Positions 34,849-46,653 of a stretch of DNA of 64,000 bases are shown piece after piece; the first letter of the stretch is position 1, and each line of letters begins with the position of its first letter. Made by a program: the position numbers and the translations under genes. The notes below the pieces were generated by a model that saw only the letters and a list, made by a program, of their open reading frames with translations, ran no database searches and was not told where the DNA came from. Location: contig MEOF01000019.1 in NCBI GenBank assembly GCA_001769505.1, positions 68,159 to 132,158 on the forward strand, read 5' to 3'. Source of the DNA: Bacteroidetes bacterium GWF2_33_38. Lineage in GTDB: Bacteria; Bacteroidota; Bacteroidia; Bacteroidales; GWF2-33-38.

Positions 34849-35529
34849 ATGAAAAAAACAATATTTTTAATAAGCTTTCTACTTCTTTCACTAGTTTATC
34901 AAGCTCAGGAATTGAACCGTCCCACAAAGAAAGTTTATCGTGATACAACTTCTATTGATATGCTCGACATAAGAATTGGCTATCACGGAGTCGTTACTTT
35001 TCATCCAGGGATAAAGGTTGGAGTTGAATATCCTTTACGAAGAAAAATTAAAGAAATCCCACGTTATCCAATCTTATCAAGAATGGATGTTATGAACGGA
35101 AAAGGGAGTAAAACAATCAGAAAAGAACTAATAGCATCGCTAAATTCAGGAATGTTTTATCACAGACAAAACCACAGTGGTTTTTTTATCAATTTTGAAG
35201 CTGAAAAACGTCGAACAGGAAGAAAAGGGAAATACAGAGGATTTTCATTTGGGCTAGGAATGCTTAGAACTTTTTTAGGTCCAACTTACGAACTCGATGA
35301 AAGCGACCAATTCAAAAAAGTTTTTTTACCCGGAAGGTTCTACTTTATGCCAAGTTTTTCTTATACGCACGGTTGGAATTTTATGTACAAGAAAACAATT
35401 CCAACGGCAATTTTTTATAAGCTCACATATTTTATGTACACGCCATATAATAATTCAGCAAACATGAATTTTGCTTTTGAACTTGGATTGCGTGTTAAAA
35501 TGCTAAAAAACCACTTAAAACATGAATAA
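34849..35529 (+). CDS. Hypothetical secreted protein (possibly outer-membrane beta-barrel)
   Basis: It has a signal peptide, alternating aromatic/hydrophobic strands and a basic composition. No family was recognised. Confidence 0.4.
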   Translation: MKKTIFLISFLLLSLVYQAQELNRPTKKVYRDTTSIDMLDIRIGYHGVVTFHPGIKVGVEYPLRRKIKEIPRYPILSRMDVMNGKGSKTIRKELIASLNSGMFYHRQNHSGFFINFEAEKRRTGRKGKYRGFSFGLGMLRTFLGPTYELDESDQFKKVFLPGRFYFMPSFSYTHGWNFMYKKTIPTAIFYKLTYFMYTPYNNSANMNFAFELGLRVKMLKNHLKHE

Positions 35530-36571
35530 GTTCGTAATTATTATAATGGTTATTTTAATGATTGCTGCCTGTAAAAAAAGCGACATGTCAGATGGAGATA
35601 ACTTTTTTTATCTAAAAACCGAAGGTGCTTATATGCCCGTCTTTGTTGAGGGAAACAAAACTTCAAATACATTTATTATTATTCTGCATGGAGGTCCTGG
35701 AGGCGATGATCAGGTTTACAAAGACGTATGTTTGCCTTTTTCCGAAACATTGGAAGAGAAATATGCTGTAGTTTATTACGACCAACGAGGATCGGGAATT
35801 TCGCAAGGAAAATACGATGATGAAATGGTTACAGTTGCTCAACACGTCAAAGATTTAGAAGTTCTTATCAAATTGCTTAAGTACAAATATGGTAATGACA
35901 ATAACTTTTTTTTACTTGGGCATAGCTGGGGAGGCACACTTGGCACCGCATTTTTGTTAAAAGAAAATAATCAAAATTTGATTTCTGGATGGATTGAAGT
36001 CGATGGTGCACATAATTTTTCCGATTTTAAAATAGTAAATCAAGCTTTGATTACAATTGCCGAAGACCAAATTGCAAATGAAAATTCACTTGATGGCTGG
36101 CAAGAGATTCTTGATTTTTGCTCAGAAGTTGATACAAATAATATTAGTGATGGAGATAAAAGTCAGTTGAATGCTTTTGGTTTTAAAGCAGAGGAATATT
36201 TGTCAACGGATGAGATTATAACGAGCGACTATGGAGTAACATTAGGAGAATTAATGAATCATAATTATTTCTCGTCTTTTAATCCATTGATGGCGAAGCT
36301 TAATTTATCAATGACAAACTCAACCATGTTCGATGAAGTTTCGAAAATTGATTATACTCCAGAACTTTATAAAATTCAAACACCAACCCTTATTTTATGG
36401 GGACGACACGATTATGTTCTTCCGCTAAAACTTGGTTTAGATGCCTACGAAAATATAGGCTCAGAAAATAAAAAAATGACCATTTTCGATAATTCGGGAC
36501 ACTCTGTTATGCTTAATGAAACCGATAAATTTCTCGAAGAAGTTATTTCTTTTGTCGATACTTATAAATAG
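35522..36571 (+). CDS. Alpha/beta-hydrolase lipoprotein (proline iminopeptidase-like)
   Basis: The lipobox is MIAACKKS, the nucleophile elbow is GHSWGG, and HGGPGG is the oxyanion motif. Confidence 0.7.
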   Translation: MNKFVIIIMVILMIAACKKSDMSDGDNFFYLKTEGAYMPVFVEGNKTSNTFIIILHGGPGGDDQVYKDVCLPFSETLEEKYAVVYYDQRGSGISQGKYDDEMVTVAQHVKDLEVLIKLLKYKYGNDNNFFLLGHSWGGTLGTAFLLKENNQNLISGWIEVDGAHNFSDFKIVNQALITIAEDQIANENSLDGWQEILDFCSEVDTNNISDGDKSQLNAFGFKAEEYLSTDEIITSDYGVTLGELMNHNYFSSFNPLMAKLNLSMTNSTMFDEVSKIDYTPELYKIQTPTLILWGRHDYVLPLKLGLDAYENIGSENKKMTIFDNSGHSVMLNETDKFLEEVISFVDTYK

Positions 36572-36605
36572 CTTGTTTAATTTTTCCCGAAAACAAATAA
36601 TTAAA

Positions 36606-37334
36606 ATGACAGTCGTTCAACAAAAACCAAAAATCGAAGTTTGTTTTTCACCATTGCAATTTCATCTTTTTGATTCAAAAGATAGTATTGTGGTTGTAGT
36701 TGATATTTTACGAGCTACAACAGTGATTACCACCATGTTTCATAATGGTGTGCATAAAGTAATTCCTGTGCAAACTATTGAAAATGCGTTGGAATATAAA
36801 AAAAAAGGATATTTAGTTGTTGCTGAACGAGATGGCGAAAAACTTGAGTTTGCAGACTTTGGAAATTCACCTTATTATTTCACATCGGACATTGTTAAAG
36901 GCAAGGAGCTGGTGTACAGCACAACTAACGGAACAAATGCCATAACAATGGGAAAAAACTCGAAACAAGTCATTATTGGTTCGTTCATGAACCTGACTCG
37001 AGTTTCGGAATATTTAAAAACAAAAACCGCGAATGTGCTTATTCTTTGTGCAGGCTGGAAAGATAGGTTTAATCTTGAAGATACATTGTTTGCAGGAGCT
37101 TTATCCGAAAAACTGATTAATAGTGGATTATTCATTACAAAGTGTGATTCGGCTAACGCATCAATGGATTTATGGAATATTGCCAAAAATGATTTGACAA
37201 ACTACAAGGAAAAAATTGCACATCGACATCGATTAAAAAAACTTGGTTTAGACGATGTTATAGATTACTGTTTTACTATAGATTCGACAGAGGTTTTGCC
37301 GTATTTCGATAAAGGCACACTAAAAATGTTGTAA
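36606..37334 (+). CDS. comB: 2-phosphosulfolactate phosphatase family protein
   Basis: VVVVDILRATT and the about 242-aa size are typical of ComB. The ATG is at 36606; the track ORF is extended upstream. Confidence 0.7.
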   Translation: MTVVQQKPKIEVCFSPLQFHLFDSKDSIVVVVDILRATTVITTMFHNGVHKVIPVQTIENALEYKKKGYLVVAERDGEKLEFADFGNSPYYFTSDIVKGKELVYSTTNGTNAITMGKNSKQVIIGSFMNLTRVSEYLKTKTANVLILCAGWKDRFNLEDTLFAGALSEKLINSGLFITKCDSANASMDLWNIAKNDLTNYKEKIAHRHRLKKLGLDDVIDYCFTIDSTEVLPYFDKGTLKML

Positions 37335-37420
37335 ATCATCTATGATTTGATTTTTTTGTTTTAATTTTAATGCTAATTAAAACGGTTTATTTTTAAAATA
37401 TATCAAAATAAATTTCACAT

Positions 37421-38494
37421 ATGAAAAAACATAATTTTTATGCAGGACCTTCGATTTTACCACAAGTAACAATCGAAGAAACAGCAAAAGCAGTAATTAA
37501 TTTTGCTGGGACAGGACTTTCTATCATGGAAATTTCGCACCGTAGCAAGGAAGTAATCGCAGTAATGGACGAAACTGTAGCTTTGTTCAAAGAATTATTG
37601 AATATTCCTGAAGGGTATAAAGTACTATTTTTAGGAGGAGGAGCAAGCACCCAATTTTTGATGGTTCCTTATAACTTATTAAATGGAAAAGCAGCTTACC
37701 TTGTAACAGGAGGATGGGCTTCAAAAGCAGCTAAAGAAGCTAAAAATTTCGGTGAAGTTATCGAAATTGCTTCTTCAAAAGATAAGAATTACAATTACAT
37801 TCCTAGAGGATGGAAAGTTCCATCGGATGTTGATTATCTTCATATTACAACTAATAATACATTGTATGGAACCGAAATTCGTGAAGATTTTGATGTGAAT
37901 GTTCCATTGGTAGCCGATATGTCTTCTGATATATTTAGCCGTCCGGTTGATATTTCAAAATATGCCTTGATTTACGGTGGTGCTCAAAAGAATTTAGCTC
38001 CAGCGGGTATTACTTTTGTTATTGTTCGGGAAGATATGTTGGGGAAACTCAATCGCCATATCCCAACGATGATGGATTATCGTACTCATATCGAAGCTGA
38101 TTCAATGTTTAACACTCCTCCTGTGTTGCCATTATTCGCTGCATTGCAAACATTAAAATGGTTAAAAGCAAATGGTGGACTAAAAGCAATGGAAAAAGTT
38201 AATCTCGAAAAAGCAAAATTATTGTACGACGAAATAGAAAGAAATAAGCTTTTCAAATGTACCATTCCAGACCCAAAAGATCGCTCAATCATGAATATAT
38301 GCTTCGTAATGAACGATAATTACAAAGACTTAGAGGATGCATTTATGGACTTTGCAAAATCAAAAGGAATGATCGGAATTAAAGGACATCGCTCGACAGG
38401 AGGTTTTAGAGCTTCAACATATAATGCACTACCAAAAGAAAGTGTTCAAGCATTGGTTGATTGCATGAAAGAATTCGAACAAATTAAATCATAA
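37421..38494 (+). CDS. serC: Phosphoserine aminotransferase
   Basis: [10 protein letters not shown] at the N-terminus, the about 357-aa length, and the class V aminotransferase pattern including GGAQKN support the call. Confidence 0.85.
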   Translation: MKKHNFYAGPSILPQVTIEETAKAVINFAGTGLSIMEISHRSKEVIAVMDETVALFKELLNIPEGYKVLFLGGGASTQFLMVPYNLLNGKAAYLVTGGWASKAAKEAKNFGEVIEIASSKDKNYNYIPRGWKVPSDVDYLHITTNNTLYGTEIREDFDVNVPLVADMSSDIFSRPVDISKYALIYGGAQKNLAPAGITFVIVREDMLGKLNRHIPTMMDYRTHIEADSMFNTPPVLPLFAALQTLKWLKANGGLKAMEKVNLEKAKLLYDEIERNKLFKCTIPDPKDRSIMNICFVMNDNYKDLEDAFMDFAKSKGMIGIKGHRSTGGFRASTYNALPKESVQALVDCMKEFEQIKS

Positions 38495-38522
38495 TAGCAG
38501 TATAAATAAAAAAGAAAAAACG

Positions 38523-39224
38523 ATGAAATCATTTAAGCTATTTCTTGCGTTTTTTCTTTTTTTTGTTTCTTCACTTAGCTACTCACAAGACCTAATTATT
38601 CTTAAAAACAATGTAGATACAATATACTGTACCATTGTCGAAGATCATAATACATCGCTCGATTTTTATCTGTACAATTCTGACGATACAACATTTTATA
38701 ATATTAAATCTGATGAGATTGACGGATTTGTACTCGAAAATTCGATAAACTCAAAATTAGAAACTCCATTAAATGCTGATGAGTCAGTTTCAATAATTAC
38801 AGAACGATTTAAGCCTGATACGATTAGCCTTAGAACCGACTGGGAATTTATTAGTTCATACTCAGTTTATAGTCCAGGAGTTGTTATCTTAATTAATCAT
38901 CGATTTTATTCAAATACAATGGATCCTAGAAATGTAGGATTTGCCGGCGGAAAACTTCGACCATATATTGAAAAATCAACCGAAGCTCTATTGTATCTTA
39001 ATAATTACAAAAAATATCGATATGCTGGATTTATAACCATGTGGGGAGGTCCAATACTAGCAAGTTCATTGCTTGCATCTTCTAATGTTGACGAAGTTAC
39101 AGGAGTAACGCTATTTTTTGTTACTCATATTGTAGGGAAAATTATTTATCATGCTATTGCTCCAGTAAGTTTGAAAAAATCGGTTCGCAGCTACAATAAA
39201 TATTTACAGAACGATTATCGATAG
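38523..39224 (+). CDS. Hypothetical secreted/membrane protein
   Basis: It has a signal peptide and C-terminal hydrophobic segments. No family was recognised. Confidence 0.35.
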   Translation: MKSFKLFLAFFLFFVSSLSYSQDLIILKNNVDTIYCTIVEDHNTSLDFYLYNSDDTTFYNIKSDEIDGFVLENSINSKLETPLNADESVSIITERFKPDTISLRTDWEFISSYSVYSPGVVILINHRFYSNTMDPRNVGFAGGKLRPYIEKSTEALLYLNNYKKYRYAGFITMWGGPILASSLLASSNVDEVTGVTLFFVTHIVGKIIYHAIAPVSLKKSVRSYNKYLQNDYR

Positions 39225-39289
39225 TTTTTTTTCCATACAATAACATATAAACTGTATTAGATTCCATAAAATTAGTAAATTATAAACAG

Positions 39290-39706
39290 ATGAAATCGTA
39301 TAGAAAGGAACTTTGGTTTGATATTAAATTACGACGTGAATTAGTAAATATAACTCCAATTATTAATCAGTGTTTACAAGAAAGTGGCATAAAAGAAGGG
39401 CTGTGCCTAGTAAACGCAATGCACATTACGTCAAGTGTGTTCATTAATGATGATGAATCTGGTTTGCATCATGATTTTGAAGTTTGGCTAGAAAAACTAG
39501 CTCCCGAAAAACCGTATTCGCAATATCGGCACAATGGTTTTGAAGATAATGCAGATGCTCATTTAAAGCGGACTATTATGGGACGAGAAGTGGTTGTTGC
39601 TGTAACAAATGGAAAGCTGGATTTTGGACCGTGGGAACAAATTTTTTACGGTGAATTTGATGGAAAACGTAGAAAAAGAGCTTTAGTAAAAATTATTGGA
39701 GAATAA
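39290..39706 (+). CDS. yjbQ: YjbQ/UPF0047-family protein (secondary thiamine-phosphate synthase)
   Basis: The 138-aa length and the motifs [19 protein letters not shown] and [13 protein letters not shown] are typical of YjbQ. Confidence 0.8.
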   Translation: MKSYRKELWFDIKLRRELVNITPIINQCLQESGIKEGLCLVNAMHITSSVFINDDESGLHHDFEVWLEKLAPEKPYSQYRHNGFEDNADAHLKRTIMGREVVVAVTNGKLDFGPWEQIFYGEFDGKRRKRALVKIIGE

Positions 39707-39707
39707 T

Positions 39708-41285
39708 TTAAAATTCCTCAAAGTCTGAATTTTGTTCAAAGAAGAAATCGTTAAGCATATACATATCGTTGATTGTAAGATTTGTATCAAAATCAAAGAA
39801 CATATCGATTGCTTTGGTTAATTCTTCAGATGAAATATAAGAGTCTTTATCTAAATCGAATATTTTAAATCGTTCGGGAATCTCAACATAAAAACTTTCA
39901 AATTTCTTGCTTGCTCCACTCATGCTTGAATAATATTTTTTGGCTTCTTCTGAGGTAACGGCAATAGAATCGTTTACAGCTGAATTTAATAAGTCATCTT
40001 CTGTTTTGCCAACTCCATTCGCATCAACATAGAAAATATCTTTTGGAGTACTTTCTTCTTTGTCTAAAATGTCAGGAATTCCATCTTCATCTTTATCGAG
40101 AGGACAGCCTTTTTCATCAACGGTAGCTCCCGCAGGTGAACCCGCACATTGGTCATCAAAATCTAAAACCCCATCTCCATCATCGTCGCTGTTTAGGTCT
40201 GCGAACAAAGCATCGTCGTACAATAAATCTTCAGGCGAGTTGTTGTGAATTGAAAATAAGTTAAATCGGAACGAAAAGTAGGTGTACATAAATTTATCAG
40301 TTCCGGCAGATCCTTGACGAACGCCTTCTCCTTTTGAATTAATATTATCAATTAAATCGTTAAACGTGAAGTGAATGGCAGTACCCAAACGCATGGTTAT
40401 CCAATTTGTTACTTTTAAATCGACTCCAAAATCAATTGGAATTCCAAAAGCAACTTGTTGATACGTTCCTAAATCATCAGCATTTAATTCACGTAAATCG
40501 GTTTCGTAGTTATAATCGCGTTGCAACATAATGCTTTGTCCAGCATTTGGGGAAGTTTCGGGAAGATTTCGAATGCTTCCGTCGTCCCAATAATAATAAT
40601 AGTTTCCATAAGCATCGTACAAATCGCCTTTAGAATTAAATTCGAAAGACTCTAAACCAAGTGAGAAAAACGGCATTATTGTTCGTGGCTTTTTGAGTAA
40701 ATGATAAAAATTATACGACGCACATACTCCTCCTGAAAGAATTTCGGTTTTAAAATTAAGGCTTCTGTCTTCGGTTCTTTCATTTCCAGTAAGTACACCC
40801 TGAACTACGTTAAAATTCAAGGTCAAAAAATCATTTATTTTTCTAGTAATTAGTAAATTATGACCGATACGTCCAACAACTGGATTTTTTCGATAACTGT
40901 CGTTTACATCTCCCATATAGGTTAATAAACCGCTTCCAAATCCGATTTCTGGTTTATATAATTCTTCGTTTGAGGTATCTTCTGGTGCTGCCGAGTCTTC
41001 GTAATATGTTTCTTCTGTCGAACTTGGTATATTTGCGTCTTCTCCGTTATTTAAAATCGAAACGGGAGAGTCTGTAGAAGGGCTATCCTCTACCTCTTGG
41101 TTATTTTGTGCATTTGTAGTATCTGAACTAGAATCGAATAAATTATCGTTTTCGGTTGAATCTTTAGCTAATTCTTCGAGTACATCAAACCATGAACCGC
41201 CTGTTGAGTCAGTTTTTTCAGTGTTTTGAGCGAACAATGAAACTGTTGAAATTGCAATTAAAAATAGTATTATTGATAATCTCAT
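39708..41285 (-). CDS. Outer-membrane-type protein with thrombospondin type-3 Ca-binding repeats and a C-terminal EF-hand
   Basis: DSDDDGDGVLDFDDQC...DKDEDGIPDILD indicates TSP3 repeats, and FDLDKDSYISSEELTKAID an EF-hand. The central region is beta-rich. The signal-peptide start MRLSIILFLIAIS at 41285 is preferred over the track start. Confidence 0.55.
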   Translation of the reverse strand: MRLSIILFLIAISTVSLFAQNTEKTDSTGGSWFDVLEELAKDSTENDNLFDSSSDTTNAQNNQEVEDSPSTDSPVSILNNGEDANIPSSTEETYYEDSAAPEDTSNEELYKPEIGFGSGLLTYMGDVNDSYRKNPVVGRIGHNLLITRKINDFLTLNFNVVQGVLTGNERTEDRSLNFKTEILSGGVCASYNFYHLLKKPRTIMPFFSLGLESFEFNSKGDLYDAYGNYYYYWDDGSIRNLPETSPNAGQSIMLQRDYNYETDLRELNADDLGTYQQVAFGIPIDFGVDLKVTNWITMRLGTAIHFTFNDLIDNINSKGEGVRQGSAGTDKFMYTYFSFRFNLFSIHNNSPEDLLYDDALFADLNSDDDGDGVLDFDDQCAGSPAGATVDEKGCPLDKDEDGIPDILDKEESTPKDIFYVDANGVGKTEDDLLNSAVNDSIAVTSEEAKKYYSSMSGASKKFESFYVEIPERFKIFDLDKDSYISSEELTKAIDMFFDFDTNLTINDMYMLNDFFFEQNSDFEEF

Positions 41286-41334
41286 TAGCAAAAATTTACC
41301 ACAATAATACGTAAAAATAATAAAATAGTTTGAA

Positions 41335-42636
41335 TTATTGCAACCAATTGTCATTTGTTATCATTAGAGCTTCTTGAACGGTAATTCTTTCACCGTCTTT
41401 ATAAGCTGTAACGAAAGCATCTCGAATAGGAGTATTGTTCCACACATTTACACGATGGTCGCGAGCATCTTTATATACTTCAAATTTACCTACTAAATAT
41501 TTATTTAATCCATTGTGGAGTATTTTTTTCACAGGCTCATTAACTTTTTGAGTTTTGAAATAAGCAACATCTAAATTTCTTTTATAAGCTCCTATTTGAA
41601 CCTTATAACTGACTCCTGTTTCAGGATCAATCACCGTAGTTTTATTTTCTCCACTTCCAGTCGATGATGTTCCTCCCGTTGTTGTAGTAGTGCCACCTGT
41701 AGTTGTTGTCCCACCCGTAGTAGTTCCTCCTGTAGAAACGCCGACAGCAAGTAATTTTGGGTCGCTTAAATCAACGTCTTTTTCTACAATTGGAACAGGA
41801 ACTGTAACGTCGTTTTTGTCAACGTACGAGAACTCTCCATTTATTGCACCTGAGCCTAAATTGTCAATGCCAAAACCTGCATCGGGTATAAGTTTGTATG
41901 AAACCACAAACTTATCGTTTGCAGGAAGTGTCATCCATAAAAATTTTGCAGTTTTATCTTTGAACGAGAATATTACATCTGGACTTTCGTAATTGTTCAC
42001 CGCTCTAAATCCTTCGGGAATAGTTTCTTGTATTTTACCGTAGCTATTAATATTATTTTTTTCAACCATAACATTTACAATTATTTCTCCAGCTTCGTTT
42101 GTAAATGGACGTTGGCGAGTACATGAAACATTGGCTGAAGGAACGGCTGAACTTTTATAATTTTCGAGATTATCGGCATAAGTTGTAATTGGTTCAATAT
42201 CTCCTTTTAGAATAGTTAGCATAATCGGAGTTTTTGGTCCCTTTCTTCCAGTGCTACCTTCGTCAACATATGAAAATTCTCCATCTAACACAACAGTACC
42301 AGCAATGGTTGGGTCAACTACAATCTGATATGAAATTTTAAATTCAGCATCGCTTGGCAGACCTCCTTTATACCATAAAATTTTTAATTTTTGGTCTTGA
42401 AAACGGAAGTCTCCACCCTTCGATTCAAGAGGGGAAGGAAAAAAACCTAAGGGCATTTCTTGTGTAAAACGAGAAAAATCGTTAATCGTTCCTTTGTTTA
42501 TAACAACCTCAACAATAAAGGTGTCGCCCGCTGTAACTGTGTCAGGAGCATTTATAGTAACCGACACATCGTTTTCAAAAAAATTGAAAAACAGAATAAC
42601 AACGAGATTTGCAATAATTAAAATATTTTTAAACAT
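41335..42636 (-). CDS. Secreted protein with duplicated Ig-like modules, a Thr/Gly linker and a C-terminal SPOR domain
   Basis: Two similar segments each end in GEFSYVD. The linker is TTGGTTTGGTTTTGG. The C-terminal YKVQIGAYKRN...LNKYLVGKF is SPOR-like. Confidence 0.5.
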   Translation of the reverse strand: MFKNILIIANLVVILFFNFFENDVSVTINAPDTVTAGDTFIVEVVINKGTINDFSRFTQEMPLGFFPSPLESKGGDFRFQDQKLKILWYKGGLPSDAEFKISYQIVVDPTIAGTVVLDGEFSYVDEGSTGRKGPKTPIMLTILKGDIEPITTYADNLENYKSSAVPSANVSCTRQRPFTNEAGEIIVNVMVEKNNINSYGKIQETIPEGFRAVNNYESPDVIFSFKDKTAKFLWMTLPANDKFVVSYKLIPDAGFGIDNLGSGAINGEFSYVDKNDVTVPVPIVEKDVDLSDPKLLAVGVSTGGTTTGGTTTTGGTTTTTGGTSSTGSGENKTTVIDPETGVSYKVQIGAYKRNLDVAYFKTQKVNEPVKKILHNGLNKYLVGKFEVYKDARDHRVNVWNNTPIRDAFVTAYKDGERITVQEALMITNDNWLQ

Positions 42637-42669
42637 CTGATTTTTAGTGTTTAACTTTTACAACCTTTA

Positions 42670-42677
42670 CAAATATA
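42670..42677 (-). promoter_or_regulatory. Bacteroidota -7 promoter box (TATATTTG on the minus strand)
   Basis: CAAATATA on the plus strand lies 33 nt upstream of the minus-strand ATG at 42636. Confidence 0.4.
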
Positions 42678-42796
42678 TATTCAAATATATTAAAAAAACA
42701 GATGAGAAGTATAATTTATTAACAATTTGTTGATAATAACTTCTTGCTTATTGATTTATGAGAATAAAAATGTAGGGTTTAGAGGTTATCAACAAT

Positions 42797-45667
42797 TTAA
42801 GCATTAAGTTCATTTCTTAAATAAGTTGCGGTATAACTATTTGAAATTTGAATTAAATCTTCGGGTTTTCCGCTAAAAAGGATTTCTCCTCCATTTTTTC
42901 CTCCATCTTTCCCTAAGTCAATAATATAATCGGCAACTTTAATAACATCCATGTTGTGTTCAATGACGATTATTGTATTGCCTTTATCTACTAAACGATT
43001 AAGAACATCTAAAAGCACTCTAATATCGTCGAAATGCAAGCCTGTTGTTGGTTCGTCAAGAATATATATTGTATTTCCAGTATCTTTTTTGGCAAGTTCT
43101 GTCGCGAGTTTTATTCGTTGAGCTTCGCCACCTGAAAGAGTTGTAGATGCCTGCCCCAAAGTAATATACCCTAAACCAACATCTTGAATTGTTTTTAGTT
43201 TTCGGGCAATGGAAGGAATGTTTTGAAATAATTCGTAGGATTGATTGATGGTACAATTTAAAACATCGTTTATTGATTTTCCTTTGTAACGAACTTCAAG
43301 AGTTTCTCGATTGTATCTTTTTCCATTACATTCTTCGCACTTGACGTGAACGTCGGGTAAAAAGTTCATCTCAATGGTTTTCAATCCAGCACCTTGACAA
43401 GTTTCGCATCGTCCGCCTTTTACATTGAATGAAAATCGACTTTGTTTGTATCCTCTTATTTTTGATTCAGGAAGCAGCTCGAAAATTTTACGGATATCGT
43501 TGAAAATTCCTGTATAAGTCGCAGGGTTTGAGCGGGGCGTTCGTCCAATTGGAGATTGGTCAACTTCAATAACTTTATCAAGGAATTGAATCCCGTCAAT
43601 GCTTTCATATTTAAGCGGTTCTTTTTTAGAATTGTAGAATTTTTGACTTAATATAGGGTATAATGTTGAGTTAATCAATGATGATTTTCCACTTCCAGAG
43701 ACTCCTGTAATACAGGTTAAAGTCCCAAGCGGAATTGTTATATTCACATTTTTTAAATTATTTCCGGTGGCTCCGATTAAGGAAATATTTTTACCACTTC
43801 CTTCTCTTCTTTTTTTTGGAATCGGAATTTTTTTTACTCCGTTTAGATATTGAGCTGTCAGCGTATTTGAGGCTAATATTTCTTGAGGAGTTCCAATGGC
43901 AGAAACCTTTCCGCCGAAGCGACCTGCAAATGGTCCAATATCAACTACATAATCGGCAGATAAAATTGTCTCTTTATCGTGTTCAACGACGATTACCGAA
44001 TTCCCTGCATCACGCAACTCTTTTAAAGAATCAATCAATTTAATATTATCTTTTTGATGCAAGCCAATGCTCGGTTCATCTAGAATATAAAGCACATTCA
44101 CAAGTTGAGAACCTATTTGAGTTGCTAGTCTAATTCGTTGACTTTCACCTCCAGATAAGGTTCTTGAACTTCTGTTAATCGTTAGGTATTCGAGTCCAAC
44201 GTTTAGCAAAAATTTTAATCGAACAAGAATTTCCTTAATGATTTCTTTGGAAATTTCTTGTTGTTTTTTGTCAAGTTTCTCAGGTAAAGTCTCAAACCAA
44301 TTGTATAAATCAGAAATATCTAAATTTGAAAGTTCCGAAATATTTTTGTCCAATAGTTTAAAATTCAATGCTTCTTTTTTTAATCTTTTCCCTTGGCATT
44401 CAGGGCACTTAATATCAACAACAAATTGATTTGCCCATGTTAATGCAGATTTAGATTGTGTTTCTTCGAGATTTTTATTAATATAACTAATAACCCCATT
44501 GTATGACAAAAAATAGTTTGAGGACTCTCCTAAAGGTGTGTTTTTTAATCGAAAGGATTCGCTAGAGCCGTGGAGTATTATGTTCAAGGCTTCTTCAGAA
44601 ATGTCTTTCACAGGAGTTTTAAGCGTAAAATCATATTTTTCGGCAATTGCTTCGAGTTGCCAAAAGATTACAGAATTTTTATGTTTCCCAATAGGAACAA
44701 TTGCTCCATCGAATATTGAAAGATTTCGATCGGGAATAATTTTGTCGAAATCAATATCTGCAACTTCTCCAAGTCCATTACAAACAGGGCAGGCACCTTT
44801 TGGTGAATTAAACGAAAAACTATGCGGAGCAGGGTCTTCATATGAAATTCCAGTAGTTGGGCACATTAAATGGCGACTGTAATATTTTGCTTCGTTGCTA
44901 TCGACATCTAAAACCATCATTAGTCCTTTCCCATGATTCATTGCTGTTTGCACAGAGGATTTTAATCGCTGGTGTAAATCATTTTTAAGTTCAAGTTTGT
45001 CAACCACAACTTCAATATCGTGAGCTTTATATCTGTCAACTTTTAGCCCGAAAGACAAATCAACGATTTCTCCATCAACCCGTGCATATAAATAACCTTT
45101 TGTTCTGATATTCTCAAACAAATCGCGGTAATGCCCTTTTCGTCCCTTTACTAAGGGGGCTAGCAAAATGATTTTTTTGTTTAAATATTTATCGTAGAGC
45201 AGTTCAATAATTTGTTCGCTTGTATATTTCACCATTTCTTCTCCCGTAGCATACGAATATGCTTTTGATACTTTGGCATAAAGCAAACGAATAAAATCGT
45301 AAATCTCAGTAGTTGTTCCAACGGTTGAACGTGGATTTTTATTGGTCGTTTTTTGTTCGATAGAAATTACTGGACTCAATCCGGATATTTTGTCCACATC
45401 TGGTCTTTCGATATTTCCAAGGAATTGACGAGCATATGCGGAGAAGGTTTCCATGTATCGTCGCTGTCCTTCTGCATATATTGTATCAAATGCAAGCGAG
45501 GATTTTCCGCTCCCGCTTAGTCCTGTAATAACTGTTAATTTATTTCTCGGAATAATAACATCAATATTTTTTAGGTTGTGTTCACGAGCACCAATAACCT
45601 GAATATTTTCATCTTCCGAAACAAAAGCAGTTTCTGTTGTAAAATTATGATTTATGAGATTGTTCAT
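42797..45667 (-). CDS. uvrA: Excinuclease ABC subunit A
   Basis: The motifs are [23 protein letters not shown], two ABC modules, zinc-finger Cys pairs and a second Walker A ([10 protein letters not shown]). The length is 956 aa. Confidence 0.95.
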   Translation of the reverse strand: MNNLINHNFTTETAFVSEDENIQVIGAREHNLKNIDVIIPRNKLTVITGLSGSGKSSLAFDTIYAEGQRRYMETFSAYARQFLGNIERPDVDKISGLSPVISIEQKTTNKNPRSTVGTTTEIYDFIRLLYAKVSKAYSYATGEEMVKYTSEQIIELLYDKYLNKKIILLAPLVKGRKGHYRDLFENIRTKGYLYARVDGEIVDLSFGLKVDRYKAHDIEVVVDKLELKNDLHQRLKSSVQTAMNHGKGLMMVLDVDSNEAKYYSRHLMCPTTGISYEDPAPHSFSFNSPKGACPVCNGLGEVADIDFDKIIPDRNLSIFDGAIVPIGKHKNSVIFWQLEAIAEKYDFTLKTPVKDISEEALNIILHGSSESFRLKNTPLGESSNYFLSYNGVISYINKNLEETQSKSALTWANQFVVDIKCPECQGKRLKKEALNFKLLDKNISELSNLDISDLYNWFETLPEKLDKKQQEISKEIIKEILVRLKFLLNVGLEYLTINRSSRTLSGGESQRIRLATQIGSQLVNVLYILDEPSIGLHQKDNIKLIDSLKELRDAGNSVIVVEHDKETILSADYVVDIGPFAGRFGGKVSAIGTPQEILASNTLTAQYLNGVKKIPIPKKRREGSGKNISLIGATGNNLKNVNITIPLGTLTCITGVSGSGKSSLINSTLYPILSQKFYNSKKEPLKYESIDGIQFLDKVIEVDQSPIGRTPRSNPATYTGIFNDIRKIFELLPESKIRGYKQSRFSFNVKGGRCETCQGAGLKTIEMNFLPDVHVKCEECNGKRYNRETLEVRYKGKSINDVLNCTINQSYELFQNIPSIARKLKTIQDVGLGYITLGQASTTLSGGEAQRIKLATELAKKDTGNTIYILDEPTTGLHFDDIRVLLDVLNRLVDKGNTIIVIEHNMDVIKVADYIIDLGKDGGKNGGEILFSGKPEDLIQISNSYTATYLRNELNA

Positions 45668-46653
45668 TATTCGTTTTGGAGGGAATCAGAATTATCGTCA
45701 AGTGATTCAAAAACTTTTAATCTAAAGTCTTTTTTTGGTATTTTTATAATATAAATCTTGTTCTTAACTGGGAGGGAAATATCTCTTAACCAAGGGTTAA
45801 ATAATTTAAGCATTTTATAACTTGTTTCGTAAGATGCAGCAAAATCAGTAAAATTAGAAACCGTTGAATCGACGTGAACAGTATCATATTCGTATGGCAA
45901 ATATTTATCTTTTTGCAAAATGTGATAACCAAATTTTTCGGGAGATGAAAGAATTAATTTCAGTGCAATAACTCTAAATATATACCTTGCGGTTTCTTCA
46001 TTTAAAAGCAAATCATAATAATTACGAACGTTTTGTCTTTCGATTTGTTTATTGATTCCTCCTTTTCCCATGTTGTATGAGGCTGCAACAAGTGTCCAAT
46101 TTTTATATACCCGATATGATTCATTAAAAAAATCGCAAGCTGCTTGAGTCGATTTTTCGATGCAATATCTTTCATCAACTTCATCGGTAATTTCTAAGTT
46201 ATATTCTTTGGCTGTATTGTCTAAAAACTGCCAATAACCTCTTGCTCCTGATGGAGAAACAACATTTGCTAAACCGCTTTCGGCTACTGCTAAATACTTG
46301 AAGTCGTCGGGAATGTTATTTTTTTTTAAAATTGGTTCGATAATCGGGAAAAAACGATTTGCTTTTTTTATAAATAGAATTGTTTGAGATTGCCAATAAG
46401 CATTTACATGTATTTCGCGGTCTAAACTTTCTCTGATATCAAAGTTTTCTAAGGGAACATTTTCGCCTGCAAAATCAATTTGTTTTGGTAATTCAATTGA
46501 ATATACAGCATGTCTTTTCGCAAATTCATTTGAAAGTATATTCTCATCATGATTTATAGAAAAATTAAAAATTTGAAAAATGCCAAATGCTATAGCTACC
46601 AATGCTAATCCAATTCCGATTTTAGACAATATATTTTTGGAGAGCTTGTTCAT
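45667..46653 (-). CDS. Lytic transglycosylase (SLT domain) protein
   Basis: An N-terminal TM segment is followed by AVAESGLANVVSPSGARGYWQF, the SLT catalytic Glu motif. Confidence 0.75.
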   Translation of the reverse strand: MNKLSKNILSKIGIGLALVAIAFGIFQIFNFSINHDENILSNEFAKRHAVYSIELPKQIDFAGENVPLENFDIRESLDREIHVNAYWQSQTILFIKKANRFFPIIEPILKKNNIPDDFKYLAVAESGLANVVSPSGARGYWQFLDNTAKEYNLEITDEVDERYCIEKSTQAACDFFNESYRVYKNWTLVAASYNMGKGGINKQIERQNVRNYYDLLLNEETARYIFRVIALKLILSSPEKFGYHILQKDKYLPYEYDTVHVDSTVSNFTDFAASYETSYKMLKLFNPWLRDISLPVKNKIYIIKIPKKDFRLKVFESLDDNSDSLQNE